This document shows positions 37,159 to 46,329 of a DNA stretch of 64,000 nucleotides, in pieces; within the stretch, counting starts at the first letter, position 1, and each line of letters opens with the position of its first letter. The translations under genes were made by a program, and so were the position numbers. The notes beneath the pieces are model-generated. The model was not told the DNA's origin, ran no database searches, and was given only the letters and a program-made list of their open reading frames with translations. The stretch lies in the sequence record OQ870566.1; one strand, written 5' to 3'. This DNA is from Escherichia phage SR02.

Positions 37159-38355
37159 ATGACTACTCGTATCCGTGTTCTTCCTTATGGCCCTTCTGAT
37201 TCAGTTCGTGAACTTACTTCTGCAATTAACACTAAGATTCAGGAACTTCGACTAAATGCTAACGTAATGTCTCTGGTATCAGAAGGCTCTCGTTATCGTT
37301 CTCGTGTTGGTGATATTGTTGTCAACTACGGAAACCGTCGATACAACGACTCTTTCTTTGGTGGCGCAACTGTGTTGAACTCTGTGGTTGCCTTGAACCG
37401 AGCGGCTAACAAAGTTGCAGCATTTAACGCACTGCGTTTAGCTGAAGTCAAAACTGTTGAATACACCGTCGATCGTGAAGTAGCTCAGAACTGGAACCGG
37501 AATGAAATTGTTTATGAACGTGGAACCTTAACTGGTCACTCTGGAGAAGGTATTACTGTTCGTCTTACGCGAGAAGGTGTTGCGGATGCTCCTCTATACA
37601 CCAAAGGCATCCAAGGCCCACGTCGTGAATGGCGTGTTCATGTGTTCGAAGGTGTTATCACTTACGTTCAGAAGAAGATTCGTCGTAATGGTTATCGTGA
37701 ACTGGAAAGTTATCGTGAAGATATTCGTAACCATCACACTGGTTGGGTTTATTCTAACTCCTTCACTGAAGCGCCTCCTGATCAAGTTCTTATTCAAGCT
37801 CACAAAGCTGTATCTGCTCTGGGTTTGAACTTCGGTGCTGTTGACCTGATTAGCAAAGGTACTAACGCATGGGTTCTGGAAGTTAATACAGCTCCGGGCC
37901 TGACTGGCACAACTCTGGAAACCTACACTCACAACATCGTTGAGTTTGTTAAGAGTTTCTCTGGTGTTGATCCTGACTACCGCGTTGCTTACGAACTGCC
38001 TGTTGAAGAAGTGGAAGAAGAATTTGCTGAATCGGCAGATGACGAAAACTTTGCATTGGCAGCTGAGCCAGTTGCTGAAGAGTCTTCGGAGCCTGTTCCT
38101 GAAACAATGCAAGTTGAAGAACAAGGGTTAGAGATCAACCCGGTAACCCGTCGTAATCTGCGTCGTGGTTATTATATCGCTAACATCAAGCATCCTGAAA
38201 ACGGTTCGACTGTAGCAAGTAACGTGATCTTGTTCTTCTGTGGTCGTAACTTCTACCGCTCTGGATGGAACGCACCAATTAGTGATCGTCAGCTTGGTCG
38301 TGTGTTGCAGATTAATAGCCTTACCCTGAATGATGGCACTGTTGTAAACTACTAA
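37159..38355 (+). CDS. ATP-grasp family ligase
   Basis: GAVDLISKGTNAWVLEVNTAPGLTG ATP-grasp signature; acidic C-terminal tail. Confidence 0.75.
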   Translation: MTTRIRVLPYGPSDSVRELTSAINTKIQELRLNANVMSLVSEGSRYRSRVGDIVVNYGNRRYNDSFFGGATVLNSVVALNRAANKVAAFNALRLAEVKTVEYTVDREVAQNWNRNEIVYERGTLTGHSGEGITVRLTREGVADAPLYTKGIQGPRREWRVHVFEGVITYVQKKIRRNGYRELESYREDIRNHHTGWVYSNSFTEAPPDQVLIQAHKAVSALGLNFGAVDLISKGTNAWVLEVNTAPGLTGTTLETYTHNIVEFVKSFSGVDPDYRVAYELPVEEVEEEFAESADDENFALAAEPVAEESSEPVPETMQVEEQGLEINPVTRRNLRRGYYIANIKHPENGSTVASNVILFFCGRNFYRSGWNAPISDRQLGRVLQINSLTLNDGTVVNY

Positions 38356-38361
38356 GGATAT

Positions 38362-38610
38362 ATGGATATGTTTTCATTGGAAGATCTAGTACAAAATGGA
38401 ATGATGGAACAAAAAGAGCCTCTGATTGTAGGCTCTCGTAAAGAGTTGCGTAAATTGTGTGAGGAGTGGGGTATTACTAATCAGCGAATGATTGGTAATC
38501 AATTCTCTGCAATTGTAACTTTCCTAAAACGTGGTGATAAGTATTCTATGGAATGTGTAGAACGTATCATCGCTGAAGCACAACAAGATAAAGGAGTAAC
38601 ATATCTGTGA
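38362..38610 (+). CDS. hypothetical protein (82 aa)
   Basis: ORF in island. Confidence 0.45.
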   Translation: MDMFSLEDLVQNGMMEQKEPLIVGSRKELRKLCEEWGITNQRMIGNQFSAIVTFLKRGDKYSMECVERIIAEAQQDKGVTYL

Positions 38611-38813
38611 ATAAGTATAAAGTCCTGTTTAAAGATACCAATGCAGCTGGCGAAATGCGAGCAATGGATATTGACGCTGAATACTTCCGAAGTGAGCTTG
38701 ATCAGATAGTATTCTATGAGCGCGGTAGTCGACCTGCTAATGAATCAGAAGTTATTGCTTCATTCGGTAAAGAAGCAATCTGCGGTGTAATCAAAATCTT
38801 TATTACAGAGTAA
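38607..38813 (+). CDS. hypothetical protein (68 aa)
   Basis: GTG start overlapping previous stop. Confidence 0.35.
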   Translation: MNKYKVLFKDTNAAGEMRAMDIDAEYFRSELDQIVFYERGSRPANESEVIASFGKEAICGVIKIFITE

Positions 38814-38882
38814 TCTGCTCTAGTCTCTTCGAAAGAGGAGGCTAGTTCGGATAAACTAAACAAACCAACAAAGGTATAGATA

Positions 38883-39302
38883 ATGTCAGAAGTAATTTAC
38901 GTAGCAACTTATGGTTCTCTTCGTCGTGGTCAAGCTAACTATCTAGTTAATGACCGAGCTGGTGCTAAGTCAATTGGTGAAGGTTGGACTGAAGACAACT
39001 TTGATCTGTTCCGCTATGGTGGTTCCTACTTCCCAAGCATCTCTCTCGCACACAGCAATAACAATAAGCCTGTTCGTGTAGAAGTGTTTGCTACTGACAA
39101 AGCAGGTCTGGAAGGTCCATACGATCGTCTGGAAGGTTACAATAAACGTAGCCCTGAAGATAGCTTCTATCAACGAACTCAGATTGCCGTTAAGCTGGAC
39201 TCAGGTGAAACTGTTATCGCTTGGATTTATCACATTGACGAAGAACAAGATGTTCTGGTTGAATCTGGCGACTGGTCAGAGTATCTGAAAAGTGAATCTT
39301 GA
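38883..39302 (+). CDS. gamma-glutamyl cyclotransferase-like (AIG2/GGCT family) protein
   Basis: N-terminal YVATYGSLRRGQANY matches the AIG2 YGSL/TL motif; 139 aa size typical. Confidence 0.6.
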   Translation: MSEVIYVATYGSLRRGQANYLVNDRAGAKSIGEGWTEDNFDLFRYGGSYFPSISLAHSNNNKPVRVEVFATDKAGLEGPYDRLEGYNKRSPEDSFYQRTQIAVKLDSGETVIAWIYHIDEEQDVLVESGDWSEYLKSES

Positions 39303-39495
39303 GAAAAGACAGGCTCTTCGGAGACTTGAAGCCAAATACTTAATGCTACGGTGCAAAATCAACCGACATGAACGTTTCGTTGAAGCTGCACAATCTAAAA
39401 ACTTTGAATCATCAGTGGAGATGTTCAAGACCCAACTTTCTTTTTATAGGAAAGAACAGGAACAAGTGTGGGATGAAATTCGTTCGTTCTACTAA
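39292..39495 (+). CDS. hypothetical protein (67 aa)
   Basis: GTG start overlapping previous gene. Confidence 0.35.
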   Translation: MNLEKRQALRRLEAKYLMLRCKINRHERFVEAAQSKNFESSVEMFKTQLSFYRKEQEQVWDEIRSFY

Positions 39496-39521
39496 GCTCA
39501 AGGATTCCAAGGAGGAAGAGC

Positions 39522-41312
39522 ATGTCAAAGATCATTTTGGGAGACACAGGTTGTAAGGAATGTATCTCTCATGGTCGTGATAAAACCCACAACCACATGA
39601 TTCTCTTCCGTAACGAAGAGACAGGTGAGGAGTGGGGAAGTTGTAACCGTTGTGGGAATTACGAAGTGTTCGAAAAGGGCACTACACCTACTCCAAACGA
39701 GAAGAAAGAGTTGTCCCCTGAAGAGTTAAGAGAAGTCTTAGATGATTGCTTAGAGCTTCCTCAGGGTGAACTCACTCGACGTTTAATCCCTAAAGCCGTA
39801 TCAGAGCGTTTTGAGTGTCGCATTGGTCTAAGTCAGACTGATGGTCAGACTCCAGACAGCTACTTCTTTCCTCGTGAACGTGATGGAAACATTGTCGGTT
39901 ATGAGGTTAAGCTGCTTGACAGTAAGAAGTTCTATTACGTTGGCAGTGTGAAAGAAGCAGATTTATTTGGTATGGCACAGGCTCAGCGTGGTGATGTGTA
40001 CAACAAGAAGCTCTTCATTTTTGAAGACCCGCTATCTTGTATGTCTGGTTTCCATGTCCTTACAGCTTTTACAAATGCAACAAACATTAAACCAGCATGT
40101 GTTTCTTTACCGTTCGGTGCAGGTTCAATCTCTTCTGTGTTGTCTCGTAATCGAGACTTCGTAAATGGTTTTGAGGAGGTTGTGCTCTGCATGGACAACG
40201 ATGATGCAGGTGAGATAGCTTTAACAAAAGGTCGTTCTTTATTCCCTCATGTTAAATTTGCTCGTATCCCTAAAGGAACTTTCCCATACAACGGTGTGGA
40301 GAAAGAGATTAAGGATGCGAATGACATGCTTCTGTCTGGTCGTGGTCAAGAGTTATTCAACATTCTCAAGTACTCAGCAAAGCGGGAATCTCCTGCTGGA
40401 GCTGTAACAATCTTTGATTGCCTTGATGATGCTCTGAAGAAAGCGGAGTGGGGTATCCCATATCCGTGGAAGACTCTGAATGAGATGACCTTCGGTATTC
40501 GATGGGGAGAGGTGGTAGCAATCGGTGGTGGTGTAGGTAGTGGTAAAACATTAATTGCTCACGAACTTGTTGCTCATCTGTGCTTAGAGCATGGTTTTAA
40601 TGGAGGTGGCTTCTTCTTGGAAGAGAAGGTAGGCATGTCTGTTAAGAATATCGCTGGTAAGTCAGCATCAATCCCTTTCCACCGACCTGATGTTGAATAT
40701 GACGAGGAGGATTTGCGTAATGAAGCACTTCGTTATGCAGACAAATTCTTCTTGTATGACAACTTCGGGCAGAATGAATGGGAAGACATTAAACAGTGTA
40801 TCCGTTTCTGGGTAGTTGAAAACCAGTGTAAGTTCATCATCCTTGATAACATTACCGCTCTGGTATCTCATTTAACACCTTCAGAAATTAACACCGAAAT
40901 TAGTAAGATTGCTTCCGAGCTTGCTGGTATGTGTAAAGAGTTAGACTTTACCGCTTTCGTACTATCTCACCTTAATGCTCCGGCAGGTGGTGCTCCTCAC
41001 GAAGAAGGTGGACAGGTACGTGAAGTCCAGTTCACTGGCTCTCGTTCTCTTATGCGTTGGTGTCAGTGTATCATTGGCTTTGAGCGTGACAAGCAAGCTG
41101 ATGGCTTAGCTAAGAACCTCTCAGTCATTCGATTACTGAAAGAACGTAATTACGGTCAGACGGGTGTCTGCTATACTAAGTATATCAGTGAAACCGGTAG
41201 ACTTGTAGAAAGGGAAGACTTTGAAGTTGATGAAGATAATCCATTCGTTTTAACTAACGGAGAGGATGCAGCTTCTCTCGTCAACCAAGCAGATGGAGCT
41301 TCACCGTGGTAA
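39522..41312 (+). CDS. DNA primase/helicase (T7 gp4-like)
   Basis: AGGAGG RBS; N-terminal zinc ribbon CKECISHG...CNRCGNY; central primase-like region; Walker [10 protein letters not shown] and IILDN Walker B. Confidence 0.9.
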   Translation: MSKIILGDTGCKECISHGRDKTHNHMILFRNEETGEEWGSCNRCGNYEVFEKGTTPTPNEKKELSPEELREVLDDCLELPQGELTRRLIPKAVSERFECRIGLSQTDGQTPDSYFFPRERDGNIVGYEVKLLDSKKFYYVGSVKEADLFGMAQAQRGDVYNKKLFIFEDPLSCMSGFHVLTAFTNATNIKPACVSLPFGAGSISSVLSRNRDFVNGFEEVVLCMDNDDAGEIALTKGRSLFPHVKFARIPKGTFPYNGVEKEIKDANDMLLSGRGQELFNILKYSAKRESPAGAVTIFDCLDDALKKAEWGIPYPWKTLNEMTFGIRWGEVVAIGGGVGSGKTLIAHELVAHLCLEHGFNGGGFFLEEKVGMSVKNIAGKSASIPFHRPDVEYDEEDLRNEALRYADKFFLYDNFGQNEWEDIKQCIRFWVVENQCKFIILDNITALVSHLTPSEINTEISKIASELAGMCKELDFTAFVLSHLNAPAGGAPHEEGGQVREVQFTGSRSLMRWCQCIIGFERDKQADGLAKNLSVIRLLKERNYGQTGVCYTKYISETGRLVEREDFEVDEDNPFVLTNGEDAASLVNQADGASPW

Positions 41313-41860
41313 AGAAAAAGAAAGTGTTTGCATTCGATATCGAGAGTAATGCACTGTACGATGACATAACTAAAGTGTGGTGTATTTACATCTTCGATGT
41401 TGAAACTGGTGAAAGGTGGGGCTATCGGCCTCACCAAATTGAAGATGGGATTCGTAAACTTACAGAAGCTGATGTGCTCGTAGGTCATAATATTATTGAC
41501 TTCGACCTTTGTGCTCTGAAGAAGATGTATCCCAATCTGATCGACTATCGTTTTAACGTCTTTGACACTTTATGTCTTAGTCGATATCTTAAACCTGACC
41601 GTATTGGTGACAGTCCTGAGTATCCGAAAGGCGACCCTAGACATGGCCCAAGAGGTCATGGCTTGAAGCAATGGGGTGAGTTCTTAGAGGAACTTAAAGG
41701 TGACTACGGTGAGCAAGAGGAAGCATGGGATGCTTTCACTGAGGATATGTTTACTTATTGTGAACAGGACGTTAACTTAACTGTTAAGGTTTATCTTTTC
41801 TTGTGTGAACTCACGGGATTTGACCCTTACGACCCACCTTCATTATATTGGAAAATGTAA
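41306..41860 (+). CDS. 3'-5' exonuclease (DnaQ-like), T7 DNA polymerase exonuclease-domain homolog encoded separately
   Basis: Exo [11 protein letters not shown], Exo [11 protein letters not shown], Exo [16 protein letters not shown]; by recalled T7 gp5 sequence aligns to its first ~190 residues; likely start is the GTG at 41324. Confidence 0.8.
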   Translation: MVKKKKVFAFDIESNALYDDITKVWCIYIFDVETGERWGYRPHQIEDGIRKLTEADVLVGHNIIDFDLCALKKMYPNLIDYRFNVFDTLCLSRYLKPDRIGDSPEYPKGDPRHGPRGHGLKQWGEFLEELKGDYGEQEEAWDAFTEDMFTYCEQDVNLTVKVYLFLCELTGFDPYDPPSLYWKM

Positions 41861-41861
41861 A

Positions 41862-43160
41862 ATGATTGTTATCCCGATTAACCGAATTGAAGATAAGGTT
41901 GCTCAACAACCTGATATCACTGTTGGTCGTCACTTTATTGAACAGTTGATTAACAACAACTTGATTCCAGATTGTATTTGTCCCATCATCACTGGTGGGG
42001 CTGTTCGTGATGCTGTTCTTAATAATAGAGCACCTCATGACATTGATATCTTTATTGTCAGAGGACAGGCACCAAGAACCCAAAATACTTTTATCCATCA
42101 TGACCAGTGGCAAGATCTCGGACGAGAGGTTGAAAGTAATGTGAAAGAGTGGCTCGAGTCTCAAGATATTGAGTACTCTTCCCTTCTTGCTGAATCTACA
42201 GATGAGCCGTATACTGGGACTTCTCAACTAACATTCACTGATATTATTGAGTTTCAGTGGAATGGGGTTCGTATCCAATTCATGTTTAACTATCCTACTT
42301 CTATTGAAGAGGTATTGGATAATTTTCCTATGATGTGTCGTGGTGCGATGACTCTTGACAAGCTGTTCATGACCCCCCATGGATATTTGTCTATGACCTC
42401 TCCTTGTCCAGTAGTTGTCTCTGGTCGTGAAATCAAGTATGTTCACAAGAAGTGGCCTAATTCACAGGTATTAAGATTCTCCTCTCCATCTGTTGCATAC
42501 CAATATATGGCACAATCTCGATATCTTCCTACACCTCAACCAGTTAATCATCTGGTCAACGAACGAGGTCAGGTTGCTCTTATTGAGGATACAACAAGTG
42601 CTCAGTATTGTGTTGACCGTGACATGAGTCGATTCTTTGGAATCCCTTATGAAGAGATTCAGTTAATGTCAAGCACACATGGCTCTAGCCAGATTCATGC
42701 GTATTGGTCTGAAGGGTTGACAAATTTAACAACTAACACGGGTGGTGATCTACTTGGTCGAGAAGAGGAACCTAACCGACACAATGCAATTGAAGGGGTG
42801 TTTGTAGCCCCTGCAATGCGTAGAGCACAAGAGTCACGAAGAGTAAGCCCTACTCGTAGAACATCTTTTGAAGAAGCTCTTGGTATTACAAGAGATTCTA
42901 TGGAGAGATGGATGGCTAGCACCTCTCGTGGTCGACCAAATGGTTTGACTGTCAGCCGTCATCAGTTCTCTGGTCAGGGCTTTGCTGTTGGCGATCTTGA
43001 TATTCCTTCTCATGGTGAGCTGGCTGAGACTGTCAGTCGCAGTCTCGCTGATCGCTTTGTTGCTAACAACCCTGAAGTATTAGAACCTCAAACCCGTACA
43101 GTTCGGTTTGCTGATGAAGCGGGTCGTGGAATCTCTTTTGACGTAGAAACAAATAACTAA
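41862..43160 (+). CDS. nucleotidyltransferase with CCA-adding-enzyme / poly(A) polymerase-like head domain
   Basis: IITGGAVRDAVLNNRAPHDIDIFIV matches the class II tRNA-NT/PAP head motif GGAVRD...D.D; remaining ~330 aa unassigned. Confidence 0.6.
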   Translation: MIVIPINRIEDKVAQQPDITVGRHFIEQLINNNLIPDCICPIITGGAVRDAVLNNRAPHDIDIFIVRGQAPRTQNTFIHHDQWQDLGREVESNVKEWLESQDIEYSSLLAESTDEPYTGTSQLTFTDIIEFQWNGVRIQFMFNYPTSIEEVLDNFPMMCRGAMTLDKLFMTPHGYLSMTSPCPVVVSGREIKYVHKKWPNSQVLRFSSPSVAYQYMAQSRYLPTPQPVNHLVNERGQVALIEDTTSAQYCVDRDMSRFFGIPYEEIQLMSSTHGSSQIHAYWSEGLTNLTTNTGGDLLGREEEPNRHNAIEGVFVAPAMRRAQESRRVSPTRRTSFEEALGITRDSMERWMASTSRGRPNGLTVSRHQFSGQGFAVGDLDIPSHGELAETVSRSLADRFVANNPEVLEPQTRTVRFADEAGRGISFDVETNN

Positions 43161-43169
43161 GGAATAAGA

Positions 43170-43724
43170 ATGAGTTTACTAGGAAGCCCAGAGTTACATA
43201 AACTAATTGATGATGGTGTTATTGATGCACCACACTCAGCTGTTAACTCCTCCAGCATTGACGTCCGTATTGGAGATCGTGTTCTGATGGAAGGTGCAGC
43301 TAATGGGGTTGTTGATATCTCTGCTAAAGAATCTCCTAACTTCAACGAGGTTATGATTCCAGAGGAAGGGTTGGTGATCAAACCGGGTGAGTGTTTCTTG
43401 GCTCATACAGTGGAGACATTCAATCTTCCAGACAACATTAGCTGTGACTTCATGCTACGATCTACTGTCGGTCGTTGCTTCTTAGAGCACATGCACGCTG
43501 GTCATGCAGATGGCGGTTGGCATGGCAGTCAGTTAACTATGGAATTCAAGAATGTCCTACAACATCACTCTCTTCTGATCAAGCCGGGGATGCGTATTGG
43601 TCAAATGGAGTTCTTTAAACACTCCTCATCCGAAGAGGACAGTTACGCAACGAAAGGTTCATATAATAACCAACAAGGGCCGACAAAAGCTTTTGGTGGA
43701 ACAAACCATGCTGATATGCTATGA
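43170..43724 (+). CDS. dcd: dCTP deaminase family protein
   Basis: SIDVRIGD, PGECFLAHTVE, LRSTVGR and MEFKN motifs in the order found in Dcd/dUTPase-fold enzymes. Confidence 0.75.
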   Translation: MSLLGSPELHKLIDDGVIDAPHSAVNSSSIDVRIGDRVLMEGAANGVVDISAKESPNFNEVMIPEEGLVIKPGECFLAHTVETFNLPDNISCDFMLRSTVGRCFLEHMHAGHADGGWHGSQLTMEFKNVLQHHSLLIKPGMRIGQMEFFKHSSSEEDSYATKGSYNNQQGPTKAFGGTNHADML

Positions 43725-44217
43725 TGAAGTAGTTGACCTCTTTAATATAGACATGTCAGCACCTTCAGGGCTTTCTTGGAAAAGGAAGCCTAGTAAGTTT
43801 GCTAATGATATAGTAGGTAAACCTGCTGGTAAGCTCACAAAAGATGGATATTATCAAATTCCCTTAGGAGGAGTTCGTGTCCATAATCATAGGATTCTTT
43901 TTGTTCTTTATACTGGTGAGGATTTATCGGATGAATATCAAATAGATCATGCTGACGGTAATAGAGAAAACCTAGAAGAAACTAACCTGAGAAAATGCTC
44001 TCACTCTGAGAATAGTCAGAATGCTAAGACAAGGGTTGATAACAAACTAGGAATCAAGAATGTCTACCGAGAGAAAGGTGGAACGTTCTGTGTATCTGTT
44101 CAAAAAGACGGTAAACGTGAGTCTGTATATGGGGTGAAAACTCTTGAAGAGGCTAAGATTTTGGCTAAGTCTATGAGAAGTAGACTTCATCTCTCCTTTA
44201 ATGTGGATGAAAGATAA
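43708..44217 (+). CDS. HNH homing endonuclease with AP2-like DNA-binding domain
   Basis: HNHRILFVLYTGEDLSDEYQIDHADGNRENLEETNLR HNH core; C-terminal AP2-like GKRESVYGVKTLEEAKILA; overlaps dcd 3' end. Confidence 0.8.
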   Translation: MLICYDEVVDLFNIDMSAPSGLSWKRKPSKFANDIVGKPAGKLTKDGYYQIPLGGVRVHNHRILFVLYTGEDLSDEYQIDHADGNRENLEETNLRKCSHSENSQNAKTRVDNKLGIKNVYREKGGTFCVSVQKDGKRESVYGVKTLEEAKILAKSMRSRLHLSFNVDER

Positions 44218-44412
44218 ATGAAAAAGTTTTGGTTAGTGAAGATTAAGTGGTCATCTGGTTGTACGACTATGACCGCACTACCTACTCGTCAACAGGCTCG
44301 AGATTTTAAAAAGTCTATGTTCCATGGAGATTTAACTAAGAGCGTTAGTATCCATAAGGCCAAGGAGTATTCTTCTGGTCGTGTTTATATCAGCGGAAAG
44401 GTACATTACTAA
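44218..44412 (+). CDS. small MKKxW-family protein (64 aa)
   Basis: Paralogs at 44412 and 45830 share MKK.W start and terminal Y. Confidence 0.45.
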   Translation: MKKFWLVKIKWSSGCTTMTALPTRQQARDFKKSMFHGDLTKSVSIHKAKEYSSGRVYISGKVHY

Positions 44413-44621
44413 TGAAAAAGATGTGGGCTATTCATGTTGTTTGGGATCTTGAGCAACACATGAGAAAAGATAACATCAAATTGTTTGACACTCGCAAAGA
44501 GGCTCGTATTGCTAAGAAACAGTTGAAGACTCTGGGCACAATAGTAAAAAGCGCTGACATACATCGCTGGTATGAAGACCCTAACACTGGTTCTTTTATG
44601 TCTAAAGTAATTTACTACTGA
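44412..44621 (+). CDS. small MKKxW-family protein (69 aa)
   Basis: Paralog of 44218 and 45830. Confidence 0.45.
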   Translation: MKKMWAIHVVWDLEQHMRKDNIKLFDTRKEARIAKKQLKTLGTIVKSADIHRWYEDPNTGSFMSKVIYY

Positions 44622-44693
44622 TTGGTAGTAGATATGATAACTCTCAAATGTATATAGAGTACAATAAGAATTTGTATTTTACAGGAGAGAGTT

Positions 44694-45023
44694 ATGTTAG
44701 ATTTGAGTAAAGTGGCCCCGCCCACTGAAGAGATTACAAAATCCAAGGTGATGCAACAGTTTTATCATCGTGATATGCTTGGTCGCTTTATCAAGAATCG
44801 TGATGTTGTTGCTTGGTCTATCGGTAATCAGGGATATCTGTTGAAGGTTCTTCAGGTCACAGGTTCAACTGCTAAGCGAGTTAAGGTGTATGACCCTGAA
44901 ATGGGGCGTTCTAAGTCAGTAGACCCACAGAACTGCATCGTAATTACCCAGCAGGTAATGGATAACATTGCACGTAACGTTGCTAACTCAGTTGAACTTG
45001 ATGGAGAAAACCCAAATGCATAA
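44694..45023 (+). CDS. hypothetical protein (109 aa)
   Basis: ORF with AGGAGAGAG RBS. Confidence 0.5.
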   Translation: MLDLSKVAPPTEEITKSKVMQQFYHRDMLGRFIKNRDVVAWSIGNQGYLLKVLQVTGSTAKRVKVYDPEMGRSKSVDPQNCIVITQQVMDNIARNVANSVELDGENPNA

Positions 45024-45579
45024 GAATGTCTTTGATTTACCTGAGATTGGTCGTGTCGACTACAATATGTTAGACCGGTCTGAGCTTTCAATCTCTCGCC
45101 TTGAAACAATGCAAGGCATGATTAGTGGAAACAGCCTAGAACACATCCTGAGCTGCTTACAAGCTAACATGGAACTCTTGCATATCAAAGCTAAAAACTA
45201 CCACTGGAACGTCTCTGGTGCAGGATTTCAGGGTGTTCATGGTATGTTTGATGAGCTTGAAGATTACGCACGACAAGTAGGAGATCGTATTGCTGAACGT
45301 ATGCGTTACCACTGTGTTAAAGTGGATGCTACAGCAGCCAATTATCTTTCTCATGCTTGGTTCTCAGAGGGTAATGCTGACCTAGACATGGACGGTATGC
45401 TCTCTGATATGTGCATGACCTTGATGTGTATTATTGAGAAGATGGATGAGTTTGATGGTGATTTAGCCACTTATCCAGTTGATCAGAGTATGCTTCAAGA
45501 AATTAATGAAGGTCTTGGCAAGTATTGCTACTTCGTCAAGAGCAACATGTCCCACTCAAGTGGTGATGTGTCTTATTAA
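45016..45579 (+). CDS. Dps/ferritin-like protein
   Basis: KAKNYHWNVSGAGFQGVHGMFDELEDYARQVGDRIAERM matches the Dps ferroxidase-site helix pattern (recalled E. coli Dps). Confidence 0.6.
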   Translation: MHKNVFDLPEIGRVDYNMLDRSELSISRLETMQGMISGNSLEHILSCLQANMELLHIKAKNYHWNVSGAGFQGVHGMFDELEDYARQVGDRIAERMRYHCVKVDATAANYLSHAWFSEGNADLDMDGMLSDMCMTLMCIIEKMDEFDGDLATYPVDQSMLQEINEGLGKYCYFVKSNMSHSSGDVSY

Positions 45580-45640
45580 AAACCTCCGCCCTGTCTCCTA
45601 ATCCGAGGTGGGGCGAACTCATTTATAAGGATATAAATAT

Positions 45641-45820
45641 ATGTTATCAGCAATCGTATGGGGTATTTGGGCTATCTTTATTGGTGGTGGTATCTATTGG
45701 GCTTCTGGCAAGCTTATTGAAGAAACTCCTGACAAGAAAGGTGAGATTCAAACAGCATCAACCATCATGGTTATCGTAGCTGTTGTTATCCCATTCCTGC
45801 TTCACCTCCTGACTGCATAA
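45641..45820 (+). CDS. small membrane protein (59 aa)
   Basis: Two hydrophobic helices. Confidence 0.35.
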   Translation: MLSAIVWGIWAIFIGGGIYWASGKLIEETPDKKGEIQTASTIMVIVAVVIPFLLHLLTA

Positions 45821-45829
45821 GGTTCTTAA

Positions 45830-46030
45830 ATGAAAAAATGGTCCGTAGTTTGTGTTGACCCTTCAGGTGCTATTCTATGGGACTTGACTGGTGATACAAG
45901 GAAAGAGATGCGTATTCTTAAAAAGATGCTCAAAGAAGATAACCCTCAAGGGGATGTTTTTCATTTAGTAAAAACAGAAATGTCCAAAAGTGGGAAGGTC
46001 CAACCTGACTTGAGTAAAATTTACTATTAA
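45830..46030 (+). CDS. small MKKxW-family protein (66 aa)
   Basis: Paralog of 44218 and 44412. Confidence 0.45.
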   Translation: MKKWSVVCVDPSGAILWDLTGDTRKEMRILKKMLKEDNPQGDVFHLVKTEMSKSGKVQPDLSKIYY

Positions 46031-46038
46031 GGAACCGA

Positions 46039-46314
46039 ATGTCTAAAGTAATTAAGTTTTATAGTGATCAGTGCGCTCCATGTAAAGCAATGGCTCCTAC
46101 CTTTGAGAAGGTTGTTAAGGAGTTCGATGTAGAAGTGGAAGAGATTAACATCCTTGAAGGTGATGGTCGTGAACAAGCTGTTAAGTATGGTGTACGAAGC
46201 ATCCCTGCTTTTGTTGTACCTGACCGTAACAGTGGTGCACACTACAGCCTCTCCGGTATGCAGACTGAAGCAAACCTGAAAGCATTTTTGGACACAGCCC
46301 TGAGAAATAAGTAA
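46039..46314 (+). CDS. thioredoxin-like protein
   Basis: Active-site CAPCK in WCGPCK position; downstream VRSIPAF cis-Pro motif; 91 aa. Confidence 0.75.
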   Translation: MSKVIKFYSDQCAPCKAMAPTFEKVVKEFDVEVEEINILEGDGREQAVKYGVRSIPAFVVPDRNSGAHYSLSGMQTEANLKAFLDTALRNK

Positions 46315-46329
46315 TAAGGATATTCACGG

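Noticed and set aside
37594-38124. 176-aa minus-strand ORF
   Set aside because: Antisense inside the ATP-grasp gene in a uniformly plus-strand block; no RBS.
41811-42446. Minus-strand ORFs of 138 and 72 aa
   Set aside because: Antisense to the nucleotidyltransferase gene.
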